Below, piece after piece: positions 1 through 33,069 of a stretch of 64,000 bases of DNA. Position 1 is the stretch's first letter, and each line of letters begins with the position of its first letter. Origin of the DNA: Euglena gracilis (taxonomy: Eukaryota); NCBI GenBank assembly GCA_039621445.1, contig CP154954.1:41967572-42031571 (forward strand), given 5' to 3'. A program made the translations under genes and the position numbers. The notes under the pieces are model-generated. The model was not told the origin of the DNA, ran no database searches, and saw nothing but the letters and a program-made list of their open reading frames with translations.

Positions 1-3000
1 AGGCCCAGGCCAAGAAGGAGGCGGTAGAGCCGGCGGGGCGAGTTGGCCTGCTGGGCAGGCACCGACAGTTGACCAGCCCCGACCGTTGCCGACTACCCAG
101 AGAATGGCAACTGGAAAAAGTGACAAATTAATACGGATATATAGCGTAGTAATGACAATGATAATGATCCAACAAGAATTATAAAATAATAGCAATAGCA
201 ATGGCAAAGATAACAATGATATCAGTAATAATCAGAATAAATAACACCTGCAACTCGGAAGGCCGGCAAGTGCTATGAATGTCTATGGATGCTTCACCTC
301 CAGCAAAAACAGCTAAAATTGGCCAAACATGGCCAACTCCATCAAGAATACATGCTCAAAAATGCACGAAAATTGCCACACTGACCCAAAATAACCCTGA
401 GAAAAATTGAAGTGTGTTGTGTGGTCATGGTATATGATTATTATCACTGTATTATATTGTTTTCCATTCCCGTGCCCCCCCCCCCCGACAATTGACGTCC
501 CCGGGCAATTGACGCCCCCAGGCAATTGACGCCCCCGGGCAATTGTCACCCCTGGCTGTGCCAGCCAATTTGTCACCCCAGGAAATTTTCGCCCCCTTCC
601 GTGCTGCCCAATTTGTCACCCCCATTTGCAGTATTGCTCTGTGAACTTTCTTTTCGCCGCATGACTCGATTGATCTTCTACTTCGCTGCAACGCGCTGAG
701 AATTTTCGCATACCAAACGCTCTGCACAATATCACGACCATAGATTATTTTTCCTGCATTCACTTGTGTTTCAGATGGTGTTCTTGGTCATTTAGTTCAA
801 ATGTGGCTGACATTGGTGGGCAATTGACGCCCCCGGGCAATTAACGCCCCCGGGTAATTGTCATCCCTCTCTCTCTGTGCCGGCCAAATTGTCACCCCGG
901 GAATTTGTCACCCCCCTCCGTGCTGCCCAATTTGTCGCGCGACAATTGCCCCGGGGGGGGGGGGGCGGGTATGACTTATTTTTATTTTATTTTTATTTCT
1001 ATGACTTATTTTTTATTTTCTTTTACTGGCATGCACCCTAACTGCAGCCAAGTATTTGCCGGCCAGGGCCGACCACGCCGACCAGAGCACCAAAATGACA
1101 AGTGACCGTTGGTGCCTGCTGCTGGGGGCCCAGCGGTTCGCCAACACCCCGCAGACTGCCATCGGCTCCACCAGCGTGGCCTCCGAGGTGCCTCCAGTCC
1201 CCCCCCCCCCTGCTGTCTGCCCTTCTTCTTGTGATGATGCATTTTCTGCGGTATTTTCCGCATTTCTCAACCATTGAGCATTGTGCTCTTCTCAGGTTGG
1301 TGCTTTCTCAATTGGGGTATGATTTTGTTTATTTTCATTGTGTCAAAAATTCCAGATTCCCCCAGGTGCCACCGCTGGAAAATTGTGAAAACCACCGAGT
1401 GGAGTTCCAACACGTCACGGGCAGTTCAAAAACCTGGACATCAACCCTCCAAAGATAAAAATTGCGTCGGTGTGCACAAATATGCGCACCGACGCAATAC
1501 AGCTCCAGTGCGAGTTTGGCCGCATAAGTGGATGTTTTCCACTACCCCACAGAATCTCATTGGAATGAAATGGACTCTGCCCACGCAACTTCTGTCTCTG
1601 CATTGCCTCCATAGATTTTGGCTGGGAGTGATCTTTCACGGTCAAAAAAAAATGCATGAAATGACAACGATCAACGCCTTGCGGGCAAAAAAGAACAGAA
1701 CGCTGTCACGACATGCTGTCTGGCCTGCTGAACGAACTCGTCGACGTGTGAAACCATCGGGACTCACCCCCCCCTCCCCAAAGAGAGAAATTTACTAAAA
1801 GGACACAAAACTCCACTTTTACACCCCCCCCTTCCTGTGTGACAACTACCACCTGGTGGCGTTCTGGAGGTGGGGTGGCAGGTTTACCTCTTTGCTTGCT
1901 TTCTGAACCTATACTGCGGTGTGGAGGTTTTTGAAGTTGGTTACAAAAGGAGTGGATTTTCACATTCAACAAATGAAAAAATATAAAATAATAGGTTGAA
2001 ATGGGCTGTTAGAGAACTCTGCCGCTATTGGTTGATGAGGTGGGAACAAAGAACACAGGAGGATTGCTACCTGTCACCTGTTGAGTTCGGCGGCAAGTTG
2101 TTTTTCACTACCCACCTACCCACTGATGTTTAAGACTCTGTCACACCCACAAAGCAGCAAAAACAATGTCGGTGTGCGCAAGTGCGCACATGGACGATGT
2201 GTGCATTGCCCGCAACACCCATGTTTATAACCAGCCAAGACCCCTTACGTTGGCGTTTTTGGAGCTGGAAATTGAATGTGATGAAATTGTTGTATTTTTT
2301 TTATATTCTTATGGTGCTGGACCCAGCCCCAAGAGCATCGCCAGTATATTTGGGTGGTTGGTGTGCGCAAATGTGTAAATATACTGGCGATTCAAAAGGT
2401 TGATTTGTGCAAATGACTAAAACTCATTTTAATTTTGCTTGACCACAAGAGAAAAGTGAAAACAGGAGGAGAGTGTGAGGGGTGTTGTGTTCAAAGTGGA
2501 GGTTCTGTGTGATGTGTTTGAGAAGGTCAGATAAAGTGTGTTATTGTAAACCCTCCCCCAAATAATACCCCCCCCTCTCGGGGTCCGACTTCGGTCACCG
2601 AATTAATACCCCCCCCCCAATTTCGGGCCGAACCTGAAAAAGTTGGTAAAAATCACCATCTCTGATAATAAATCACAGAAAAAGGTTGATTTTTCTGATC
2701 ATCTGGTCTTCAAAAATGCTCAATTTCATGAGAAAGTGCAAAAATGACCCCAAAGGGGGGTTTTTGGGTGCTATTTTGGGTACCATGGGAGACTTCGAAA
2801 AATTTCGAAACTTTTGGGCAGCTATTACCCCCCCAATAATCATTTTGGCTAAAATGCTGGAGGGTAAAGGCACCTTTAAACTCAATTTTCAGGAGAAAAC
2901 CTCGAAGTGCCATTTATTTTGATGTTTCAGGGGTCAAAAAAAAAGGTTTTAACAGGCTCAACAGCTATGCCCAAATTCAGGCCAGAAGTCTGGTCTCTTT

Positions 3001-4720
3001 GTTGTATTTAAATATTTAAATGCTACAAAAATAAATTTGCATTTGCGGAGTTTCAAACTGCAGTGATGTGGAACCCTCTAAATGATATGTGTGTGACGTT
3101 GTACAAGTAATTGGTGCATGCCATAGACCCAGTTTGCGCCACGGTGTTATGTACCCGGGTGTTATGCCTGGACCTCCAAAAGGCGTAAACTGTCAGCTGC
3201 CCCCCCCCCCGTTTGCTTTGTTTGCTTCGTTTTTTTTTTATTTCGAGCTTTCTTTGCCTTTTTATGCCGAGGTCCATTCTGGCTCACCCCCTGTGCCTCC
3301 GCCATCGTCCTCTCAGGACCGCGTCGTGTTCCCGGTCTACTTCGCCCCCGAGATCGCCGTGCCCCCTCCCAGGGCCCGGCGGCGGGCCCGGGGTTGGGGA
3401 AGGGGGGGCGTGTTTGAGCCGTTAGGGTTGCCCGCCCTCCCTCTCCTCCCGCCTTGCCTCGCCCGGCCCTCCCGGCCCTGGCCCCGTGCCACATGTACTT
3501 CAGCCGGCGGTGGGTGGTGGGCAAAGTGGTGGACCAGGTCTGCGCCCAAGGTGTGCCTCGGCCTGCTCGACGTGGGGATTTGGGCCGCTGGGCCCGGGGG
3601 AGAGGGCATTCTCAGTTTTCGCGGATTTCGATGGCCATTTTTTACCGTGACGAATCTTTTGCAGTCATGCCTCCCAGAAAGGTATTGCCAATCCTGAACC
3701 TGCTGATCTTTCACGTAACAACCTGGAGGGATAGAGGGCAGTGGGTGAGTCACCGAAGTTGTCAATTGGTCACCTGGGTGCCAATGGTGGCCACATTGGT
3801 TTGCCATCTGTCAATTTTTTCACATTTGTCTCAACCTGTGTATCTCTCGCCAATGTATGTGTGCCTCTAGGAGTGAGGAATGAGTTTCCAGAGGTCATGG
3901 CAGCATGAAAAGGCAAACGACTGAAACCACATTCAATGGGAGTTGTATAATGCATTCAAGGAAAGAGTGTCATGCACAGGACACCACGGGGTTCTGGACC
4001 CCCCACATCCACCTGGAAATGTTTTGTATTCCCTCAACACCTTTGGGTTGGAGGATCACAAATGTGCGGTTACACCTGTTTTCGCTCCTGTAACCCCCCA
4101 AATAAACTAGTTGGGTCCTTGCCCCTGGCAAATAACTTGGCGGGGGGCAAGCCAAAATGATGGTTCCAGGAGTTGGGCGCCCTGCCAGGTCATTTGGGGG
4201 GGGGGGGGTTGTTTCATTTCAAGAGGAAGCTACCCAGAGAAAATAGAATGAGGCTTCTTTCTTTGCGCACTTTTGCAATCATTTGGACATAATTGTTGCC
4301 GCCGCTCTGTGCAGCCAAACTCAAGAACGAGAACAACCGCGTGCCAGAGGAGGAGCAGTACCGGCTGTTCAACCTGAAGTTCTGCGTGCCACTGCCGGGC
4401 AAGTGTGTCGCCCCCCCCCCCCATAGCCCCATCGGTCTGGGCTACCTTCCTTCTGCCTCTCACCTCCAACCCCCCCCCGGGCCAGTCCAGCCCCCCTCCC
4501 CCTGTAACCGCCAGCGGAACCCGGATGGCCTCGACCGGTCCGCCACAGTGCGACGCTTGCCTCGCTGGCGCCGGAGCTGCAGCCGGGGGACCCCCTCATG
4601 CTGGCCCGCGGCCTGGCCCTGCCCCCGGCGGTGGCGGAGGAGGTGCAGGCGGCGCTGGCCAAGGGCGGGCGGACTTCTGACGGGAAGCCCGGGCGGAAGG
4701 GCGACTGCACCGTGTGCTGA
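1..4720 (+). CDS. ZFAND1/Cuz1-like AN1 zinc-finger protein, 3' part (ubiquitin-like C-terminal domain, ends in CaaX-like CTVC); 5' end lies outside the window
   Basis: Exons <1-52, 1124-1187, 3317-3366, 3486-3550, 4315-4402, 4549-4720 join in frame: ...VGLLGAQRFANTPQTAIGSTSVASEDRVVFPVYFAPEIAVPPCHMYFSRRWVVGKVVDQVCAQAKLKNENNRVPEEEQYRLFNLKFCVPLPGNATLASLAPELQPGDPLMLAR...GDCTVC*. The motif MYFSRRWVVGKVVD...LKNENN resembles the ZFAND1 C-terminal domain (recognised from memory). Three GT-AG and two nonconventional introns. Confidence 0.8.
53..1123 (+). other. Nonconventional intron = TIR element 56-1118 plus one copy of an 8-bp TSD
   Basis: TIR caggcaccgacagt / accgttggtgcctg. The identical 8-mer CTGCTGGG occurs at 48-55 and 1119-1126. 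Removal leaves ...GRVGLLGAQRF... in frame. No GT/AG ends. Confidence 0.85.
488..955. repeat. Two arrays of ~19-bp subrepeats (gggcaattgacgccccc / aattgtcacccc), probably a nested MITE
   Basis: Arrays at ~488-630 and ~818-955, bracketed by a poly-C run on the left and a poly-G run on the right. Confidence 0.65.
3367..3485 (+). other. Nonconventional intron (119 nt)
   Basis: CAG at 3370-3372 (+4..+6) and CTG at 3478-3480 (-8..-6). The ends pair (ccagggcccgg / ccggccctgg). Removal restores the frame EIAVPP-CHMYF. Confidence 0.85.
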
Positions 4721-4735
4721 CCCATGGGTGTATGC

Positions 4736-5134
4736 CAGGGAATTTCTGAAGCCGGACCCCACCCTACCCCCAGAGGGGGCAGGGGGAATGGTCCAGCCAG
4801 CAAGCCAGCACTTTTTTTCCAGCCATCTCCCAACTGAGCTGAGCTGTGGAGCCCCCTTTATTCATGTAAATAAAGTTTGTAGCCCGGACCGAAGAACTTT
4901 CGATGCAAAGCATTGAATTTTTTTTTCAAAAAAGGGTCAAATAGCCATCGTCATCTGAAAATTTTGCTGAAGAAAACCCCAGCTGGATTTGGGCAGTTTT
5001 CGCCCCCTTTTCGGGGACCAGCTGGGTGCCACACGGCAGCCATAGGACTCGCCCCCCGGACCACTGATCCAGCCAGCCAGTACCTTTGTCCAGCCGGCTG
5101 GCTGGACCCTCCTGGGTCCTGAAGCAATTCCCTG
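4736..5134. mobile_element. hAT-like MITE just downstream of the ZFAND1-like stop codon
   Basis: TIR cagggaatt / aattccctg. Flanking 8-mers gtgtatgc / gtaggtgc match at 5/8. Confidence 0.55.
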
Positions 5135-5474
5135 GTAGGTGCATGTTTGTAGTCCCTTTGATGCAATGTTGCCTGCTGTGGTGTGCGACGGTTCGATGCA
5201 CGACAGCACAGCACAGTACAGCATGCGGGTTCTTTTTGATTCCTCCTTTTCATCATGTTGCCTCTTCTGGTCCGTATCGATGGCTGAAGAGATCTGCTCC
5301 AGGGGTGAGGTCTGGGAAGGAGGTATTTTTGCCTGAGATATGTGCCCTGTGAGGCAATGCACATTTTCCCTCGGACCAATTGAGCATTTGAGGTTTTGGT
5401 GAGCAAAAAAAAATTGAATTGAGTTTTCTCCAATGAGTTTATGTTCCGTTTATTTTCCGGATAGATGACTAGCT

Positions 5475-5502
5475 AGCTAGATAGACAGACAGATAGACAG
5501 GA

Positions 5503-5578
<76 letters not shown>

Positions 5579-5615
5579 GTAGATAACAGATAGATAGATA
5601 GAATAGATAGATGGA
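5475..5615. repeat. (AGAC)n/(AGAT)n microsatellite
   Basis: Seen directly. Confidence 0.95.
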
Positions 5616-5992
5616 TGGGTTCTCAATGAACAGATTGTTGAGAAGCATGTTTACACCCTTGAATATTAGCAAGTGTCGGCTATTTCAGAAGACTGCTGAA
5701 TGTGCAAGATTTGATTTGTGTGGATTGTATGTGTCTGAGTTTTCATGCATTTTCCCGATTGCCAGTTGCCCCCGGCACAATCAGAAAGAACCTCTGGGTA
5801 GTGTGCATTCTTGGAGGTGCTTAGCCAACCAAAACAACAGTGTTTCTCCATATTTTGTGGTTAGGTTGCAAACACAAAATTTGTGGTTAGGTTGCATCTG
5901 CGGCTTGGGGGGGGGAGGCAGGGTGGGTGCTGACCCTTGTGATATCCCACGTCATGCGTCAGGTGCCCCTTTCGTAGGGGGGCGAATGCCCC

Positions 5993-6704
5993 CCTATGGC
6001 CACCCCTGTGGCCAGAAGGGAAAATGGGGGGAGCGAGGGGAAGAAAGAGGGAACCGCTGTGGAGACCAACAGCTGAAAACGCGACTCCGATGCCTCTGTC
6101 GGGGGGGCATGGCGCTTCGTGCGACCGCCCGGGGGATATGGCAGGGGGTCTTCGGGCTCACCGGCCTAGGAGGAGCACACCCCCCAGCAACCCAACCCCA
6201 AAGGGGAGCCAGCAGAGAGGACCCACCCGCGAGGCAGTGGACCGCCCAAACCAACCCCAGACAGGGCATGGAGCGCGGGTACCAGAACGTAAGGAACTAC
6301 TGGTACCCAGCGGCACACTACCCACCTGCCACCGGCCCTAAGGCCGAGACTTGGTAACCCGGGTTTACCGAAACCGCGGGACCGTGAGGCCACACTGGAA
6401 TTTTCAAGTCATGGCGTTGTTCCCGCGCCATGCATCCCCCACACAGAAAAGTGGGAAGAGGGCAGGAGGCAAGAGCAGCACCGGGGCGCAAGGGTGTAGA
6501 CCCACCCACAGGAACCACACCAACCACACAAGGTGAGTGTATGTCCCTACAGTGCTGGAATTACACCAGAGTTGCTCACCCGGCCAGGCGGAGCAACAAA
6601 AGAGCACTGGTATAAGGGGTCCTTGGCCACTCACCACACAGCAAACTGGGCCAGAAGCGAAGTTAGCGCCAGCCATAAACAGACGAGAAGCCTTAGTGCA
6701 ACTA
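5993..6704 (+). mobile_element. Non-autonomous non-LTR retroposon (SINE-like) with 17-bp TSD
   Basis: Direct repeat aggggggcgaatgcccc at 5976-5992 and 6705-6721. The last ~120 bp recur inverted at ~9595-9708. Confidence 0.6.
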
Positions 6705-7497
6705 AGGGGGGCGAATGCCCCGGGAAGCCCTTTGGTATCGAGGCAGGTGGTGGGGAGTCCTGACCCCCCCCCTGGGGTCAAGGTGGTCGGGGGGGGGTCC
6801 AGGCTAACCCCCCAGAAGTTGAAGGGGGCTCCGGACCCCCCACCCTCTCCTTGGCGGGTTTTAAAAAGGCGAATCTTCCGTGTGCAAAAAGGACAAAAAA
6901 TGCCCCCCCCCCCTCACTTAAAAGCATGGTGCACTTTTTTGCTTGCTTTTTTGCTTGATATTTGGGTATATTCCATTTATGTGTATATATTCTTTTATGG
7001 CAGGTGGGAATTTTAGTACCCCCCAGGTGGTACTAAAGTTCACCCCACGATGGCCACCCGGGTACCCTGGGGTTAGTGAAGGGCGTAACCCCCCCCCTAA
7101 TAGTGCTGCGGGGCCAATAGAGCTGCGGGTCCAAATAGTGCTGCACCCCCTGCCGGATGAAGCGAGCGTCCAATAGTGCTGCACCCCCCCCAAATCACAG
7201 CAATGTGAAATGGGTAGAAGCTGGTGCAGCCTACTGCAGGAACCTTTTTTAATCCACAGAGATGGGAAAGGGGGCAAATTCCCACCCGAGCAACTCACAG
7301 AAGTCGTCCGAAGATGAACCACACGACCTCACTGCCTCAGAGAAGGACATTGAGCAGACAAAAAGGGTGCCTGTGGTGATAGGCCGGGACTAAGAGGCAC
7401 CCAGTCCAATAGTGCTGCGGGTCCAAATAGTGCTGCACCCCCCCCCCCCCGGCGGAGGCGGCCGTCCAATAGAGCTGCGGGTGCAATACTATTTGGG

Positions 7498-7517
7498 GGG
7501 TTAGGGTTAGGGTTAGG
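7498..7517 (+). repeat. Short interstitial (TTAGGG)3 telomere-type repeat
   Basis: gggttagggttagggttaggg. Similar short tracts occur near 27860 and 58573. Confidence 0.7.
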
Positions 7518-7559
7518 GTGAGGTCACCCATTTTTGTATTTTTGGATTTGGAGCAATTT

Positions 7560-7684
7560 TTGAATATTTTTTTTCATTTTGGCAATTTTTGCTTTTTTTC
7601 ACTCAGATTTTTTGCGCATTTCTGCACACTTTCCAAACTGCGCATTTTTTTGTGCTTTTTTTTGCTCATTTGTGCTCATTCGAG
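7560..7684 (+). promoter_or_regulatory. T-rich tract with AG, candidate spliced-leader trans-splice acceptor region for the kinase gene
   Basis: Polypyrimidine runs ending in ...cactcag and ...cattcgag upstream of the ATG at 7810. The function is inferred from euglenozoan biology. Confidence 0.35.
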
Positions 7685-7809
7685 CCCGGCTGGCGCATTT
7701 TCCTCCCTGATCAAGGCTGTATGGAATCTAAGCCCAGCAGCCCAAGGACCATTTCTGTCCCATTGTTGCCTTCCTGCAGCCCTTAGCATGGTTTTGCCAC
7801 TCCGCTCAC

Positions 7810-28894
<21,085 letters not shown>

Positions 28895-31800
28895 ATGTCT
28901 CGGCGCTGGCAAAATGCTCGCATTTCCCGCCCCCCCCCCATTTTTCAAGAAGGCCCCTCCCGAGTCGCTGGCCTGCGCTCAACTTGTGAAACGTCAGAGC
29001 CATTTGTGTTTCCCAACTCCTGGTCAACTCTCTCAACCATTCTTCGGATGCAACTCCTTGGAGGGTGCTGCGCCCTTGCTTTATTCGGCCACCATCTGCA
29101 TTTGTGACTTTTGATTTGAGCACGCACAATTGCCATCTTCAAAGTCAGTGAGGCACCGGCTGCTTCCTGAACAACAGTGTCACTTGACTGGCAACCACTC
29201 CCACTTCTCTGCTGCTCCTCATCGGGTGGGGGATGGTCCGGGAGGTGATATCAACAACAAAAATCAGCCGAAAAATCACCACAAACCACAAATTTTCCGA
29301 ACAATTCGTCCGATTTTTGCCAGTTCTCACCAAATCAGACCCTGGTCCGACTTTTCGAGGTACTTTTTTTATTATTTTTGTTTTCAGCCAACCCTGCCCC
29401 CCCCCCACCCAATCCATCATTTCATTTCCCAAAAGTATATTTTCCTCATGGGTGTTTTGTACCATGTGAAATTGGTGTGAAAAAAGGAACCTCAGAAGTT
29501 TCATTACTGTGCCTGGAAATAGCATTTCCAGTGAATTCTACCACCACTCACCTTCAGGGGGTCTTAAATATGGGCGGTGTTGTTGTTGCTGCTGCTGCTG
29601 CTGCTGTTGTTGTTATTGTTGTCGGATGGGGTGGGAGGGCTTATTATGGTTTGGTTTCGTAGAAACATTTGAAGGAACACGCCACCATCCCCTGTCGGGC
29701 GAAATGCCCGGGCTGCGGCTAGGCTGACCCGTGTCCCAAAGGCCATTCCCACCCACCCCTCACCCCAGGGTCGGCCCGCAGCGGTCCCTCGCGAGGGGTC
29801 ACTGTTGATGTGCGGGAGGACGCCGGTGGGTGGAGGTTTTCTTTTGGTGTCTGCATTGCTTCGCTGGTTGGTGTTCTGTCATTGGACCATGTCGCTGTTT
29901 TGCACTTCTGGCACCGGGGAATGGGGCACACCCAGGCTGGCCCTTTTCCGCCTTCTTCCCCTGACCTTCGCCTAACCACATGTAGTGCACCACGGCCTTG
30001 TAGTGTGCGGTGCGGAATTTCTCATCTCTCTGACGCCACCGGGGAGTTGCACACGCATCACTATTTCAGAAGGTATTCACATTTGATTTCAGGGTAGTCT
30101 GGTCAATGTTGTTGTTTTTTAAACCTCAGAGTTCTCACTCGATGCCCACCGCTTCCGGGGCGTCGCGCACCTTTTGTTCTCGTTTCATTCACCCCTCTGG
30201 GGAGAATTGGGTGTAGGGATGCGGAAGTGGGTGACTGGTTCCCGAAAAGTGAATGACTGGTTTTTTGAAAGTGGAAAGTGACCCCCCGGGATCGGTAATA
30301 ATGGTCTGGACCCCCCCCTCCCACCTCCTGAGGGCTACCTTGGTACCAAGAAAATCCTCCCTAGCACTTTGCACCAGGGAAGTTGCTTTGCACTAGGGAA
30401 CATGTGTTTTGCACCGTAAAACTCATGTTGTTATTATCTGCTTTGTCAATACGGGGGGAGAAAACTTGCGTGAAAATGCAGTGTGGGGCACTTTTTGAAG
30501 CCCCTCAAAAATCTTTCCATTTTTCGGCCACTTTTGGCCATTTTTTGCCAGTGTTTGTTGCTTCTGGCTCCTTCTTGCTGCTTTTCGCTGTCTTTGGCAA
30601 TTTTTTTGCTGCTTTGTCTTTGTCACTTTTAGCACCCTTTTTTCCCACCTTTGGCTATTTTTGACCACTATTGGCCTTTTTTGGCCACATTTGGCCATTT
30701 TGACCATTTTTGACCATTTTTTGCCATTTTTTGGGGATAAGCTCGAAAATCTCCCTTTCTCAGCAATCTCGAGGGGGGATTCCTCAAGAATCTCGATTTT
30801 CTCAGACCCCAGATCAAGACCCACCTTGATGCAAATAAGTGAGGGGAACGCATTTTTGACACCGGAAAAATTTTTTATCCCCCAATGTCTGCCCTGGACG
30901 ACCCCCTCCGGGGTGAGAGCACCCCCTGGGGGGTGGGAGCATCCCCTGGGCAGTGCTCCCTCCCCCCGTCTGAAAACATCCCTTGTCCCAACCATACCAT
31001 TGCTTAAGTTGTGTCTGACCCCCCCCCTTGGAGGCAACTGACTGGTTTTTGCAGTGTGGCTGACTGGTTTTTGGCTCCGGACCCCCCCGGGTTGGCCAGG
31101 AATGGCTGAAGGTGGCCACCTGGCACCGAAGGCACCAGGAAATTTTGGGGGGGGTTTGGCCAGAATCCATTGACAAAGTGAAAGTGAGATTGATTGGCTG
31201 GTTTTTGAAAGGAAAGTGACCCCCCCCCGTGGTTGGTAAGCAATGGCATGTTCCCACCCCCCCAGGGTCATCCATACATCATCCTCATTCATATGTCCCT
31301 GATGGGGGGGATGGAGGGATGGCTGGATTCCATTCAACGCATCCATTTCACATGTTTGTGAAGGTGAATGATGAAAGTTTCCGTCAATTGTGCCCATCCT
31401 TCATTCGATGCCACACTCCCTCTTCTTCTCTTTCTTCTCCGTCTGTGATGCACTTTTTCGTCCACGGTCATTGTAAATTATTCTGGTCCTTGAGTGGGGC
31501 TCTTAATTGCTTTTGCCCCCCTCCCCCGGAAAATAATCGGAATGGATGCCCCACAGGTTTTTCAATCACAAAATCGACACAAAACCTCGGTTTTTAAGGA
31601 GGAAGGGGCCCTCCCTCCCCCCTGGGTGCCGTGTCTAGGGAGGGCAGGCACTAAAAATTCCCTAAATATTCAACCTGAACCCAACCTGTCTTTGGCAACT
31701 GAGGGGAGGGTTTCGTACTCCCTCGAGGCAGACCGAGAAGGGAGGAAGGGACACCGAGGGCGAAGCACAAAGACATTGTGAGGCCATGCCTTGCTCGCCG

Positions 31801-32179
31801 GGGGTTTGTTGTGTGATTGTTCGCTGCGCTGGGTGAGGAGGTCCCGCTTAGTGCCGCCTCGCCGGAGTTGGCTGCATTGTCTCCGACGTGGCGACCATGG
31901 CGCTGTCTTTTCCCCTGGGGGGGTCCCCCCCCCTCTGCCCCCCCCTGGCCCCCATCTTCTGACCGAGGGCGTTTGAAGACAAATTTTCGTATGTGGGTGG
32001 GGGGGTCGGGCTCACAATGTCTTTGTGCTTCGCCCTCGGTGCCCCTTCCTCCCTTCTCGGTCTGCCTCGAGGGAGTGCGAAACACCTCGGGCTCCGCACT
32101 TTGCCATTGTGAGGCCAGATTGTGCACTGAAAAAAGGGGGGCCAGGGAAATCTCCAAAGAACCTTGGGCACCAAGTCTT

Positions 32180-33060
32180 TGATAGTGGGCTGTGAAAGCC
32201 TCCACCCCCTTCCATTGACCAATTTCACAAAGTTCTTGGGCAGAAAGACCCAGTTTTTTGAGTAAACCAACCCCTGCCCCTCTGGTGGAGTGGGGTCCCC
32301 AAACCTGGGGGGGGGTACCTCCTGTTTGGTCAAAAATTCTTTGGTGATAGAAGCAATGGTATCTGCCTTAATGGCTTTGTAGGGGGGTTTTAACGTAATT
32401 AGCAGGGGGCCCCAGGTTTCATAAAGAAACGTGTTGCTGCCACATAAGCCATCATTAAATGAAAGGGGCTGATTTGGGGGCACTGGGGAATGGAGACAAC
32501 TCTCTCCCACTTATGGAGCTTTTGCCCTTTACGTTTAATTTTGATGTAGGGTGCCCCCCCCCAACACACTGGTGGTTCTTTGGACCTGTGCCAAATCTGA
32601 ACTTCTGTATAAACAGAGGATGCGTGAACAGAAAATGAGTTGTGTACGCAATGTACAAATATCAGAGGGCAGGGGGGACTGTGCCAGCCCCAGGAGGATT
32701 GGGAGGGGATCCCAGAATGCACCATATTTCTCCAGGTTTTGGTTCCAAAGCCTTTTATAAGGTGCTAACATGGTATGGAACCTCAGGCCCCCAAAGCCAA
32801 GGATTAATAGCATAGCACTGTATGCATTGCGTGCTTGGGGCTTTGAAAATTGAAACAGTTGAATTGAAGCGTCAACCACTTGGTCAGTGGTGGCTTCAGG
32901 GGGGGGGTACCCCCATTTTGTCCAAAATCACCCATAAAAGCGTAAAAGCGCTTTGATAACGCTTTAAACTGGGGTTTCTGCCCAGGAAATCGTTAATGGA
33001 TGTATTTTGTATTTGTTTCCCCTCCAGAATTTGCCTGAGCAAACCATGCAAAGTAGGGGC
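32180..33060 (-). pseudogene. Tyrosine recombinase of DIRS copy A (frameshifted)
   Basis: LYRSSDLAQV (catalytic R), HSTRGAG across a frameshift (HxxR), IGQW, AFTAHY (catalytic Y). Confidence 0.85.
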
Positions 33061-33069
33061 CACCTGGGG

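Noticed and set aside
1067-1123. Exon starting at AG 1066 (ADHADQSTKMTSDRWCL)
   Set aside because: It lies inside the TIR/TSD-defined intron, and the 52/1124 join is more parsimonious.
7498-7517. Telomere or chromosome end
   Set aside because: Only three repeat units, lying between genes.
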